57,826 bases of DNA from Candidatus Flemingiibacterium sp. (GTDB lineage Bacteria > Bacillota > Clostridia > Oscillospirales > CAG-272): positions 1-57,826 of the forward strand of contig JAZNLM010000046.1 in the NCBI GenBank assembly GCA_045579105.1. The letters run 5' to 3'. Positions 1-9,196 of the stretch are shown piece after piece. A program made the position numbers and the translations under genes. Numbering within the stretch: the first letter of the stretch is position 1; each line of letters starts with the position of its first letter. The notes under the pieces are model-generated. The model was not told the origin of the DNA, ran no database searches, and saw only the letters and a list, made by a program, of their open reading frames with translations.

Positions 1-780
<780 letters not shown>

Positions 781-1085
781 TCATATTTTTAATTGTAAAT
801 AAATTGAAAATATGTTTTTGCGCATACTGTACGTGGAACGGTCACGCGCTTTTCACATGGGGGAACACAAAGGGAAAGGGAAGGCCACCCCTGCATTCGG
901 CTATGTCAAAGATGCATCAGCTTGCTTACAGAGTGATGGTGCCACAGAGTGTACATTTAACGGGACCGCCAAGCTTCCTATAAAGACTCGGCGGTGCATT
1001 TTGTTTGTGCGGTGAAGTTAGAGCGCGAACGTTCGCTATGTGCGAAAAGTGTGAATATAATTTTATTCATAATGTAATTTACAAA

Positions 1086-1116
1086 TCATTATTGCCGTAT
1101 ACATATAACATACTAT
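1086..1116 (+). promoter_or_regulatory. candidate sigma-E-type sporulation promoter upstream of the spoVB-like gene
   Basis: TCATTATT (1086..1093), 15-nt spacer, CATACTAT (1109..1116). This resembles the forespore/mother-cell -35 ATATT and -10 CATACAnT pattern. The leader would be very short. Confidence 0.25.
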
Positions 1117-1139
1117 GCTCATGCTTGGAGGTATATGCG

Positions 1140-2672
1140 ATGCGTGTATTGCGGCGCTTTATTATAAACGGACTCATTATGACGGTGACGTCACTCCTTT
1201 TGCGAACGCTCGGTGTGGCGTTCAACGCCTTTGTTTCAAGACGGTTAGGTGCTGATGGAATGGGGCTTTTTACGCTTATTATGAGCGTTTACGGTTTATC
1301 TGTCACACTCGCGGCTTCGGGTGTAAATCTTGCCGCTACTCGTATGTGTGCAGAGGCACTCGGGCGTGGGGATGAAAAATGTGTTCGCGCCTCTTTTAGA
1401 CGGTGCTTTATTTACGCGACTACTTGCGGCATCTGCGCTTGTCTGCTGCTTTTCTTTGGCGCAGAGTTTGTTGCTGTTCGTTGGCTTGGGGACGGACGGT
1501 GTATGCGTTCGCTTAGACTGCTTGCGTTAAGCCTGCCGTTTATTGCCGCTTCAAATGTATTGCACGGCTATTTTACAGCTGTACGAAAGGTTTCAAGAAG
1601 TGCGCTGACACAGATATTCGAGCAGTTTTTCAAGGTAGGTATTACCGTGTGGGCACTTCTTTATATCGTACCAGACGGGATTGAATATGCTTGTATGGCG
1701 CTTGTCGGCGGCGGTGCGATTGCGGAAACAGCATCGTTCCTTATGGCGCTCACACTGTATCTTTTTGACAGATGGAAAAAGGAAAAGGGTAGCGTCGGAT
1801 GCGAGGATGGACGAAAGCTTTGGTGCGAGCTTTTTGGTATAACCGTACCCGTCGCGGCGGCTGCATACATCCGTTCGGGATTGTCAACGCTTGAGCATAT
1901 GCTGATACCGCGCGGACTTCGCAAAAATCCGTTGACAGCTGAAAATGCGCTCGCGGTATACGGTGTACTTTGCGGAATGGTTATGCCTGTGATAATGTTC
2001 CCAACGGCTCTGCTTTATTCCTTCACGGGACTTCTTATTCCCGAGTTTGCCGAAGCCGATGCAAAACGGGATGCCACGCACATACGCTATATGACATCCC
2101 GCGCGCTTACGTTTACGCTTATATTTGCAGTTGGATGCTCCGCGATAATGTCAATATTCGCGAAGGAGCTTGGTATGCTGGTTTACGATAGCGAGGCGGC
2201 AGGTGAGTTCATACGCATTATGGCACCGCTTATTCCAGTAATGTATTTTGACCACGCGGTTGACGCTATTTTAAAAGGACTTGGTGAGCAGATATACTGT
2301 ATGAAAGTCAATATTCTTGATGCAGCTATGTGTACGCTTTTGGTGTATCTGCTTTGTCCGAGGATTGGTATTTGGGGATATGTAGTTACTATATACATAG
2401 CGGAGATAGTCAACGCATCGCTGAGTATTGGACGTCTTACCAAGGTGAGCGGATTTCATGTTGGTGTGTGGCGGGCATTTTTTGCCCCTGTTCTCTGCGC
2501 GCTTGCTTCTGCGGCGGTATTAAGACTTCTTGGGGTAAGTGTGCCATGCGCGTGGATGCCTGTTGTCGGCGTAGCACTTCTTTTGACGGGGATATATGTT
2601 CTGTTTCTTGCAGTAATGGGAATAATAACAAAGAATGATCTTCGGTGGGCGCTGGATGCGGCAAAATCATAA
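1140..2672 (+). CDS. spoVB: MOP-superfamily (MATE/MurJ/SpoVB) polytopic flippase, likely stage V sporulation protein B
   Basis: Starts at the internal ATG (MRVLRRFIINGL...), preceded by GGAGG at 1127..1131. It has many predicted TM helices. The N-terminus LLRTLGVAFNAFVSRRLGADGMGLFTLIMSVYGL resembles SpoVB/MurJ-family N-termini. The 45 codons upstream in the ORF track lack an RBS. Confidence 0.7.
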   Translation: MRVLRRFIINGLIMTVTSLLLRTLGVAFNAFVSRRLGADGMGLFTLIMSVYGLSVTLAASGVNLAATRMCAEALGRGDEKCVRASFRRCFIYATTCGICACLLLFFGAEFVAVRWLGDGRCMRSLRLLALSLPFIAASNVLHGYFTAVRKVSRSALTQIFEQFFKVGITVWALLYIVPDGIEYACMALVGGGAIAETASFLMALTLYLFDRWKKEKGSVGCEDGRKLWCELFGITVPVAAAAYIRSGLSTLEHMLIPRGLRKNPLTAENALAVYGVLCGMVMPVIMFPTALLYSFTGLLIPEFAEADAKRDATHIRYMTSRALTFTLIFAVGCSAIMSIFAKELGMLVYDSEAAGEFIRIMAPLIPVMYFDHAVDAILKGLGEQIYCMKVNILDAAMCTLLVYLLCPRIGIWGYVVTIYIAEIVNASLSIGRLTKVSGFHVGVWRAFFAPVLCALASAAVLRLLGVSVPCAWMPVVGVALLLTGIYVLFLAVMGIITKNDLRWALDAAKS

Positions 2673-2783
2673 ATTCCTGTTTGGCATATAATGCTATTGA
2701 TGTAATATATCACATTAAAAGGATGATTGACAAAAAAATATTTGTGAAACTACGAAAAAATAAATAAAATGTCGTCTAAGGTC

Positions 2784-2812
2784 TTGATTTTTTGGATAAA
2801 ATATATTACAAT
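2784..2812 (+). promoter_or_regulatory. candidate sigma-A promoter for pfkA
   Basis: TTGATT (2784..2789), 17-nt spacer, TACAAT (2807..2812). Confidence 0.5.
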
Positions 2813-2886
2813 ATATATGGTTATTTTTTTTAACTTATGGAAAGATATTATAAGTGAAAAATATAAAGAAAAGGAAGATAAATACT

Positions 2887-3954
2887 ATGGCAAAATTCAG
2901 AAAAATCGGTGTACTCACCTCGGGCGGCGATGCTCCCGGTATGAACGCAGCCGTACGTGCTGTCGTACGCTCCGCACTTGCACGCGGCGTTGAGGTTGTG
3001 GGCATTTGCAAGGGCTACAGCGGTCTTATAAACAATGAACTTCGCGAGCTTACTTCGCTTGATGTTGCGAATATTTCCGGCCTTGGAGGAACTATTCTTT
3101 ATTCCGACAGATGTGATGAGTTTGCAACCGAGGCAGGTATGGCAAAGGCTATCGAAACCTGCAAGAAGAACGGTATCGACGGAATTATCGCTTGTGGAGG
3201 TGACGGAACCTTCCGCGGTGCTACCGACCTTTCCATGCGCGGCATTCCCACCATCGGTATTCCTTGCACTATTGACAACGATATCACCTCTACCGATTAT
3301 TCTATTGGTTTTGATACCGCTATGAACACCGTACTTCACGCTGCTGACTGCCTTCGTGATACCTGTGAGTCGCACGCTCGCGGCGAGGTTATCGAGGTAA
3401 TGGGACGTGATGCGGGTTACATTGCTATCGAGTGCGGTATTGCTTGCGGCGCTAACGCAGTTGCTGTTAAGGAACTTCCTTTTGATGAGGATGCTTGCAT
3501 CCAGAAGCTTATTGAGCTTCGTGCAAAGGGACAGAGAAGCTTCCTCGTTATGCACTCCGAGGGTATGCCGAAGGGATTTGGTGAGAATCTTACCAAGCGC
3601 ATGAATGAAGAGGCTAACATAGACTCCCGTTTCATCCGCCTTGCGCACATGGTACGTGGCGGTGCTCCTACACTTCGCGACAGACTTACTGCTATGCGTA
3701 TGGGCGACTTTGCTGTTGACCTCATTCTTGAGGGCAAATCCGACCTCGTCGTTTGCGAGCGCGATGGTAAGCTTATCGCTACTGATATCGCGTGGGCGCT
3801 AGTTGTTGACCGTATGTACAAGGACAAGCTCAGAGACGGCGACCTCGAAAAGTTCACCGCTGAACAGGTTGAGGCGATGAAGGTTCGCTGTGCTGAAAAG
3901 AAGGCAGTCCTCGAGGACCTCATGGATGTTGCCATGACACTTGGTAAGAACTAA
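2887..3954 (+). CDS. pfkA: ATP-dependent 6-phosphofructokinase
   Basis: MAKFRKIGVLTSGGDAPGMNAAVRAVVR, followed by GGDGT and the PCTIDND motif. RBS AAGGAAG lies upstream of the ATG at 2887. Confidence 0.93.
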   Translation: MAKFRKIGVLTSGGDAPGMNAAVRAVVRSALARGVEVVGICKGYSGLINNELRELTSLDVANISGLGGTILYSDRCDEFATEAGMAKAIETCKKNGIDGIIACGGDGTFRGATDLSMRGIPTIGIPCTIDNDITSTDYSIGFDTAMNTVLHAADCLRDTCESHARGEVIEVMGRDAGYIAIECGIACGANAVAVKELPFDEDACIQKLIELRAKGQRSFLVMHSEGMPKGFGENLTKRMNEEANIDSRFIRLAHMVRGGAPTLRDRLTAMRMGDFAVDLILEGKSDLVVCERDGKLIATDIAWALVVDRMYKDKLRDGDLEKFTAEQVEAMKVRCAEKKAVLEDLMDVAMTLGKN

Positions 3955-3963
3955 AAATCAAAC

Positions 3964-3997
3964 AAAAAGCTGTCTGCATTTTGCAGACAGCTTTTTT
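3964..3997. terminator. bidirectional rho-independent terminator between pfkA and the convergent gene
   Basis: A 9-bp stem GCTGTCTGC/GCAGACAGC (3969..3977 with 3983..3991), flanked by an A-run and a T-run. Confidence 0.8.
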
Positions 3998-5072
3998 ATA
4001 TTGTTAATTCACATTTTTCTTGTATACCGAAGGCTTTAAAATATCGCTCTTCCATTGGTATCCATTCGTTTTCAAAGCGTTGGAGAAGAGCGCTGTCGCC
4101 GCGTTTTTTTATACGTGCAAGTTGTTCGCTATGTGTAACGTCGGCGAAAACAGCAATGTCATAATATTCCCCGAAGCTTGGGTGCAGAGAGTAAACTCCC
4201 TCAACTATGACAACGTTCGATGGTGATATTGTATGCAATTTTTTGGAATAATCGAAGGTGCTGCAATCGAATACTCGGTGCGTAAACGGAGTGTCAGCGC
4301 GCAGATTTGGGAGCACTTCGTCTGCAAAGCGCTCGTAGTGTATATTTCCGCCGATTTCGTTAAGGCGTTCGTTGTAACGAAGCTCGGGCGGCAAGAAAAA
4401 ATCGTCCATATGAACTGTTTGCGCATCAAAAAGCTTTGATATAAGCTCTGCTGCTGTGGTTTTACCTGATGCACACCGTCCGTCTATTGCTATGATTAGT
4501 CTATTATCAGTCTTTTCCAGAAGTGATGCGATTTTTCTTATAAGCGGCAAAAGCGGCACGTATCTGCTGTGGATTACGCGGTATGAAGGCTTATAAGCCT
4601 TACGGTAAACGTCGCTGTGACGTACTATAGGATATCCCGCAGACGCATAATCTGTAAGATACACTTCAAGCTCGTTCTCTGAAAAAACGAAACATCCTTG
4701 ATTACAAAGCTTCCGAAGCACGTCTATGTGTGCGAGAAATTTGGCTTTCACTTCTGCATCAGCTTTGTCAAAGCCGATGGGGTAAAGCTTTGCTGATTCA
4801 CAGAAAATTTTTGCTATGAGCGAAATCTCGGTATCCGTAAGCTCTCCGTCGAGATATATGCGTGCCGTTTCTCCGAGCGACTCACAGTAAAATGCTTTAT
4901 CACTATGCTTGCACGCAGCATACTCGCACTGTATATATTCGTATACGCTTCCCTCGTCGTGTATCAGATGCCCGCCGCCGAATGTCGCCTGATAGATAAG
5001 TTTTACCGCATCAGACGGCTGCATTAGTGGATACTTTTTTGTATGTTCTATCAATATATCATATATAGTCAT
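3996..5072 (-). CDS. two-domain protein: uncharacterised N-terminal domain (about 170 aa) fused to a uridine-kinase-like P-loop NTP kinase domain
   Basis: C-terminal half: IIAIDGRCASGKTTAAELISKLF (Walker A), then HMDDFF and VIVEGVY, as in uridine kinase/PRK-family kinases. I do not recognise the N-terminal half (QATFGGGHLIHDEGS...). RBS GGTGGA. It overlaps the upstream thioesterase gene by 14 nt. Confidence 0.6.
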   Translation of the reverse strand: MTIYDILIEHTKKYPLMQPSDAVKLIYQATFGGGHLIHDEGSVYEYIQCEYAACKHSDKAFYCESLGETARIYLDGELTDTEISLIAKIFCESAKLYPIGFDKADAEVKAKFLAHIDVLRKLCNQGCFVFSENELEVYLTDYASAGYPIVRHSDVYRKAYKPSYRVIHSRYVPLLPLIRKIASLLEKTDNRLIIAIDGRCASGKTTAAELISKLFDAQTVHMDDFFLPPELRYNERLNEIGGNIHYERFADEVLPNLRADTPFTHRVFDCSTFDYSKKLHTISPSNVVIVEGVYSLHPSFGEYYDIAVFADVTHSEQLARIKKRGDSALLQRFENEWIPMEERYFKAFGIQEKCELTI

Positions 5073-5784
5073 TTTCCACCATTATCATTGCTTCGACGTT
5101 AATAGCGCCGTCAGTGCGAACGGTACGAAAATAGTACACGCCCTCGCTCTCGCGCATGTATACCTTCAGTACTTCGCCGAGTTTTGCCTCGTTTGCAAAG
5201 TTTATGCTGAAATTCAGTATGCGTTTTTCTGCCATGTGAGGGATAAAATCGCATAGCATATCTGGATAGTTTGTGTTGTTCATGTGCTGATTGCGGTCTA
5301 GGTCACTGTATACTACCAAACGTTCTCCGACAAGAGAGAGGGTGAGTTCGCGCGGAATGTGTACGCGCCTTGGTGCGTCAAGTTCAAGCGGTTCGTCCAC
5401 GTCAAAACCGAGTGCGATGTCCTCGACGCGGTATATTCTGCGGTCAGAAATGCCTATAAGAGCCCATACGCTTGCCGCTTCGGCAATTATATCGTTTCCG
5501 CGCCTTATCTGATAGCAGCGGTTGAACGTAACTCCGCGGCTCTCGCAAGCCCACGAGGATACGGAGATGTCCTCATATGCAAAAAGCGGTGCATAAACGC
5601 TTATGTTTATGCGGCTTAATATGAATGCACGGTCACTTGCGGTGAGCTGTTCTGCTGTAGGGCCGAGCGCGCGAAGCTGTAAGTTTGCCGTCTCCTGCAT
5701 ATACCGGAGTACAAGGGAAGGACGAACCTTGCCTTCACTGTCACAGTCGTGTGAATTTATGCGGTAATTTTCTGTCCATTTCAT
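5059..5784 (-). CDS. acyl-ACP thioesterase
   Basis: 241 aa. N-terminus YRINSHDCDSEGKVRPSLVLRYMQE and C-terminal repeat DLDRNQHMNNTNY match the double hot-dog acyl-ACP thioesterase (FatA/B-like) pattern. Confidence 0.8.
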   Translation of the reverse strand: MKWTENYRINSHDCDSEGKVRPSLVLRYMQETANLQLRALGPTAEQLTASDRAFILSRINISVYAPLFAYEDISVSSWACESRGVTFNRCYQIRRGNDIIAEAASVWALIGISDRRIYRVEDIALGFDVDEPLELDAPRRVHIPRELTLSLVGERLVVYSDLDRNQHMNNTNYPDMLCDFIPHMAEKRILNFSINFANEAKLGEVLKVYMRESEGVYYFRTVRTDGAINVEAMIMVENDYI

Positions 5785-5808
5785 GGGCGTTTTCCTTTTT
5801 AATAAAAT

Positions 5809-5848
5809 ATCGGTGCCGTGACTTTTGCCGCGGCACCGATGTGTTTTT
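5809..5848 (-). terminator. hairpin downstream of fba
   Basis: A 10-bp stem ATCGGTGCCG/CGGCACCGAT (5809..5818 with 5831..5840). On the minus strand it is followed by ATATTTTATT. It lies only 24 nt upstream of the thioesterase start codon. Confidence 0.6.
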
Positions 5849-5850
5849 AA

Positions 5851-6810
5851 TTAGAGGGTGTTTGCAGAGCCGAGCACGTTGTTGATCTTGTGAGCGACCA
5901 TCTTCTTGACCTCTGCACGAGCTACGGTGAGGTAGGTTCTGGGGTCAAATACGTCGGGCTGCTCGGTGAGTACACGTCTGATACCTGCGGTCATTGCAAG
6001 ACGGATATCGGAGTCGATGTTGATCTTGCAAACTGCGAGGGAAGCAGCACGACGAAGCTGCTCTTCAGGAATACCTACAGCATCCGGAAGCTTTCCGCCG
6101 ATGGAGTTGATCTCCTGAACATATTCCTGCGGAACAGAGGATGCGCCGTGGAGAACGATCGGGAAGCCGGGGATGCGCTCTGCAATCTCTTCGAGAATGT
6201 CGAAGCGAAGCGGAGGCGGAACGAGGATACCCTGTTCGTTTCTGGTGCACTGTGCGGGAGTGAACTTGTATGCGCCATGGGAAGTACCGATGGAGATTGC
6301 GAGGGAGTCAACGCCTGTACGGGAAACGAACTCCTCAACCTCGTCGGGACGGGTATAGGAAGACTTCTCAGCAACTACGTCATCTTCAACGCCTGCGAGA
6401 ACGCCAAGCTCACCTTCAACAACGACGCCGCGCTCGTGAGCGTACTCAACAACCTTCTTGGTAACAGCGATATTGTCCTCGAAGGAGTGGTGAGAGCCGT
6501 CGATCATAACGGAAGTGAAGCCGCCGTCGATGCAAGCCTTGCAGATTTCGAAATCTGCTCCGTGGTCAAGGTGAAGTGCGAGGTCTACGCCTGCATCCTT
6601 GATAGCTGCATTTGCAAGTGCGAGGAGATACTCCTGCTTAGCATACTTTCTTGCGCCTGCGGAAACTTGAAGGATAACGGGAGATTTAGCTTCGCCCGCA
6701 GCCTCGGTGATCGCCTGAACGATTTCCATGTTGTTGATGTTGAAAGCGCCGATAGCGTAGCCGCCCTCGTATGCTTTCTTGAACATTTCCTTTGTTGTTA
6801 CAAGTGCCAT
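5851..6810 (-). CDS. fba: class II fructose-1,6-bisphosphate aldolase
   Basis: MALVTTKEMFKKAYEGGYAIGAFNINNMEIVQAI...HLDHG...VLHGASSVP, typical of class II FBA. RBS AGGAG. Confidence 0.93.
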   Translation of the reverse strand: MALVTTKEMFKKAYEGGYAIGAFNINNMEIVQAITEAAGEAKSPVILQVSAGARKYAKQEYLLALANAAIKDAGVDLALHLDHGADFEICKACIDGGFTSVMIDGSHHSFEDNIAVTKKVVEYAHERGVVVEGELGVLAGVEDDVVAEKSSYTRPDEVEEFVSRTGVDSLAISIGTSHGAYKFTPAQCTRNEQGILVPPPLRFDILEEIAERIPGFPIVLHGASSVPQEYVQEINSIGGKLPDAVGIPEEQLRRAASLAVCKINIDSDIRLAMTAGIRRVLTEQPDVFDPRTYLTVARAEVKKMVAHKINNVLGSANTL

Positions 6811-6905
6811 TTTTATACGCTCCTGTTAAAATTTAATTTTAGTACCCTAATATTATACCCCAATTTGCCGTATAAGTCAATAGCTTTGAAAAAAATATGC
6901 AAGAA

Positions 6906-6925
6906 TCTTAATTTAGAAATTAAGA
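6906..6925. promoter_or_regulatory. 20-bp AT-rich palindrome upstream of fba (candidate operator)
   Basis: TCTTAATTT-AG-AAATTAAGA, with perfect 9-bp arms. It lies about 100 nt upstream of the fba ATG. Confidence 0.25.
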
Positions 6926-7017
6926 ATTTTATATCTGTGTATTGGGATTTTGCTATTCGTGGACGTATCTGATAACTCGTTCTTGGCGGTATCTTTGCGG
7001 AGTTTTTATGTATTTGC

Positions 7018-7038
7018 AATTCAACTATCAGTTGAATT
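7018..7038. promoter_or_regulatory. 21-bp palindrome upstream of the XRE-SdaA promoter (candidate operator)
   Basis: AATTCAACT-ATC-AGTTGAATT, with perfect 9-bp arms. It ends 35 nt upstream of the -35 element. Confidence 0.3.
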
Positions 7039-7073
7039 TTTATCGCAGTGAATTAAATCACAGAGAAAATCTA

Positions 7074-7102
7074 TTGACATTGTGGGAAAACTATAGTAAA
7101 AT
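7074..7102 (+). promoter_or_regulatory. candidate sigma-A promoter for the XRE-SdaA gene
   Basis: TTGACA (7074..7079), 17-nt spacer, TAAAAT (7097..7102). Confidence 0.5.
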
Positions 7103-7140
7103 TACAGTAAAAGAACCTTTTATATAAAAGGAGATGACGT

Positions 7141-8592
7141 ATGACTGAAAATACTTTTGCCGCAAAATTCGCGACAATACGAAAACAAAACGGTATCACC
7201 CAACAGAGCCTTGGCGCAATGCTTGGAGTCAGCAACCGCGCGGTTTCCAAGTGGGAAACCGGACTTGCATTGCCGTCTACCGAAAATGTATGTAAGCTTG
7301 CAAAAATATTTGGCGTGTCCGTCGACTATTTCTTTGCCACTGAAAACAAGGAAGTACAGAAAAAATCTGTATCTGCAGCAGGCATGAAATCCCTTACGGG
7401 CATATACCGCATTGGATGCGGTCCGTCAAGTTCACATACGATAGGCCCAGAGCGCGCTTGTGAGATGTTTAAGGAAAAGCATCCACAAGCGGACTCGTTT
7501 AAAGCCGTGTTGTATGGCTCGCTCGCGAAAACGGGTGTCGGTCACGGTACAGACAGAGTTGTCAAAAAAACTCTTGCGCCGAAGCCTTGCGAGATAATTT
7601 TCGATAAAAGCGACCGCCCCCTTATTCATCCGAATACAATGGAACTTTTCGCATACGAAAACTGCAAAGAAATTGCAAAGAGCCACGTTTTAAGCGTTGG
7701 CGGCGGCAAGATAGTTATTGACGGAGTTGAATTCGGCGAGGGCGATGACGTTTACTCGGTTGCTTCTTTTGAGAAGATTGCGGATTATTGTACCCGTGAG
7801 AATATCAGACTTTGGCAGTATGTTGAGAGGGTAGAGGGACACGAGATGCTCGAGTATCTTTCGCACGTGTGGCGTGAGATGAAGCGAAGTATAGCCGACG
7901 GTCTTGCCGATGACGGAATACTCCCCGGTGGTCTTGAAGTACAAAAGCGCGCAAAACAGCTTTACAGCTCACAGCATATCGATGAGTCTGCGGAAACACG
8001 CGAGAACCGAATGGTATGCGCGTTTGCATTTGCAGTATCCGAGCAGAATGCGTGCGCTGAACGTATAGTTACCGCACCGACTTGCGGTGCGTCCGGCGTT
8101 CTGCCTGCGGTGCTTTACTATCAGCAGCAAAAGCGTGGTTATTCCGATGATGAGATAGTCCACGCTCTTGCGGCAGGGGGTATCATCGGAAATCTCATCA
8201 AAACCAACGCGTCTATTTCTGGAAGCGAATGTGGCTGTCAGGCAGAGGTTGGAAGCGCTTGTGCTATGGCTGCGGCGGCTCTTGGTGAACTTTTCGGATT
8301 AAGCCTTGATAAAATCGAATATGCGGCGGAAATTGCCATTGAACATCACCTCGGTCTTACCTGTGACCCGATTTGCGGACTTGTTCAGATACCGTGTATT
8401 GAGCGTAACGCTGTTGCGGCTATGCGTGCAATCAATGCGGTTAGCCTTGCAAGCTTTTTGTCCGATTCAAGAAAAATATCTCTTGACAAGGTTATCGCCG
8501 TCATGAAGCAGACGGGACTTGATATCTCACATCAATACAAGGAAACCTCAGAGGGCGGTCTTGCAAAACTGAAAATGTCAGGGAATAAGTAG
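7141..8592 (+). CDS. sdaA: XRE-family HTH domain fused to single-chain iron-sulfur L-serine dehydratase (L-serine ammonia-lyase)
   Basis: Residues 1-65 (IRKQNGITQQSLGAMLGVSNRAVSKWETGLALPSTENVCKLAKIFGVSVDYFF) form an HTH_3/XRE domain. From residue ~82: IGCGPSSSHTIGP, APTCGASGVLPA, SGSECGCQAEVGSA and LTCDPICGLVQIPCIERNA, the serine dehydratase beta+alpha signatures including the cluster cysteines. RBS AGGAG. Confidence 0.8.
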   Translation: MTENTFAAKFATIRKQNGITQQSLGAMLGVSNRAVSKWETGLALPSTENVCKLAKIFGVSVDYFFATENKEVQKKSVSAAGMKSLTGIYRIGCGPSSSHTIGPERACEMFKEKHPQADSFKAVLYGSLAKTGVGHGTDRVVKKTLAPKPCEIIFDKSDRPLIHPNTMELFAYENCKEIAKSHVLSVGGGKIVIDGVEFGEGDDVYSVASFEKIADYCTRENIRLWQYVERVEGHEMLEYLSHVWREMKRSIADGLADDGILPGGLEVQKRAKQLYSSQHIDESAETRENRMVCAFAFAVSEQNACAERIVTAPTCGASGVLPAVLYYQQQKRGYSDDEIVHALAAGGIIGNLIKTNASISGSECGCQAEVGSACAMAAAALGELFGLSLDKIEYAAEIAIEHHLGLTCDPICGLVQIPCIERNAVAAMRAINAVSLASFLSDSRKISLDKVIAVMKQTGLDISHQYKETSEGGLAKLKMSGNK

Positions 8593-8708
8593 AAAATATT
8601 ACGGTTTATGTCCACATTATCAAAATAATTTACGATAATGCAAAGGCAAGGAATATCTTTTGCGATACAATATGTACGAAAAATAAAATGTTTTGTGTAG
8701 GTATTCCT

Positions 8709-9016
8709 ATGGCTAAAAGAATTTGTAGTCCGGATTACGAATACGGCGAGCGTATTCAAAAGGCTGCGAAGCTTATTCGTAAGCACGCTCTTGACGTAAT
8801 GCTCGTAGTACAGTACGGCAGACTCGACAACCGTCAGACTAACCTCGTGTATTACACCACTCTCGCTTACGCCGAATAAGACACATACGAATTCTTCACT
8901 CAGACGGGGAGTTCTCCAAGCACTGCTTCACCGATTCCGCGCATAGTGCCAATAATGGGCTTGTTGACGAGATGGTGTATCTCTCGCTTGAGTGGCTTGG
9001 CAAGAGAATTAAGTAA
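8709..9016 (+). pseudogene. possible decayed gene remnant (N-terminal region of an M24 Xaa-Pro peptidase-like gene?)
   Basis: The 56-codon ORF MAKRICSPDYEYGERIQKAAKLIRKHALDVMLVV... resembles creatinase/prolidase N-terminal domains. Reading continues after the stop in another frame (IRILHSDGEFSKHCFTDS...) up to the TAA at 9014..9016. There is no convincing RBS. This is a weak call from pattern similarity only. Confidence 0.25.
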
Positions 9017-9128
9017 TATTTATTTCTGGATAATACTATGCTTATAGATATTTGGACTTGCGTTGCTTCTATAAACCTCAGAATCTTTTTAACTGCACAG
9101 AAAGTCTACCTTACATCAAATAGACTTG

Positions 9129-9160
9129 AAAAATCCTACCCATATTCGGGTAGGATTTTT
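9129..9160. terminator. bidirectional rho-independent terminator downstream of spoIVB
   Basis: A 10-bp stem AATCCTACCC/GGGTAGGATT with loop ATATTC, flanked by an A-run and a T-run. Confidence 0.8.
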
Positions 9161-9196
9161 GTGCTTAAAAAATACAATTTTATATTCTGCTTCATG

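Noticed and set aside
812-1015. 67-aa ORF in the gdhA / spoVB-like intergenic region
   Set aside because: There is no Shine-Dalgarno sequence upstream of the ATG, and the composition is unlike the neighbouring genes. The region is reported instead as a possible RNA or regulatory island.
5890-6972. 360-aa ORF on the plus strand
   Set aside because: It is entirely antisense to fba, which has unmistakable class II aldolase motifs. The translation is low-complexity and Cys/Leu-rich with no RBS. This is a typical shadow ORF of a codon-biased gene.
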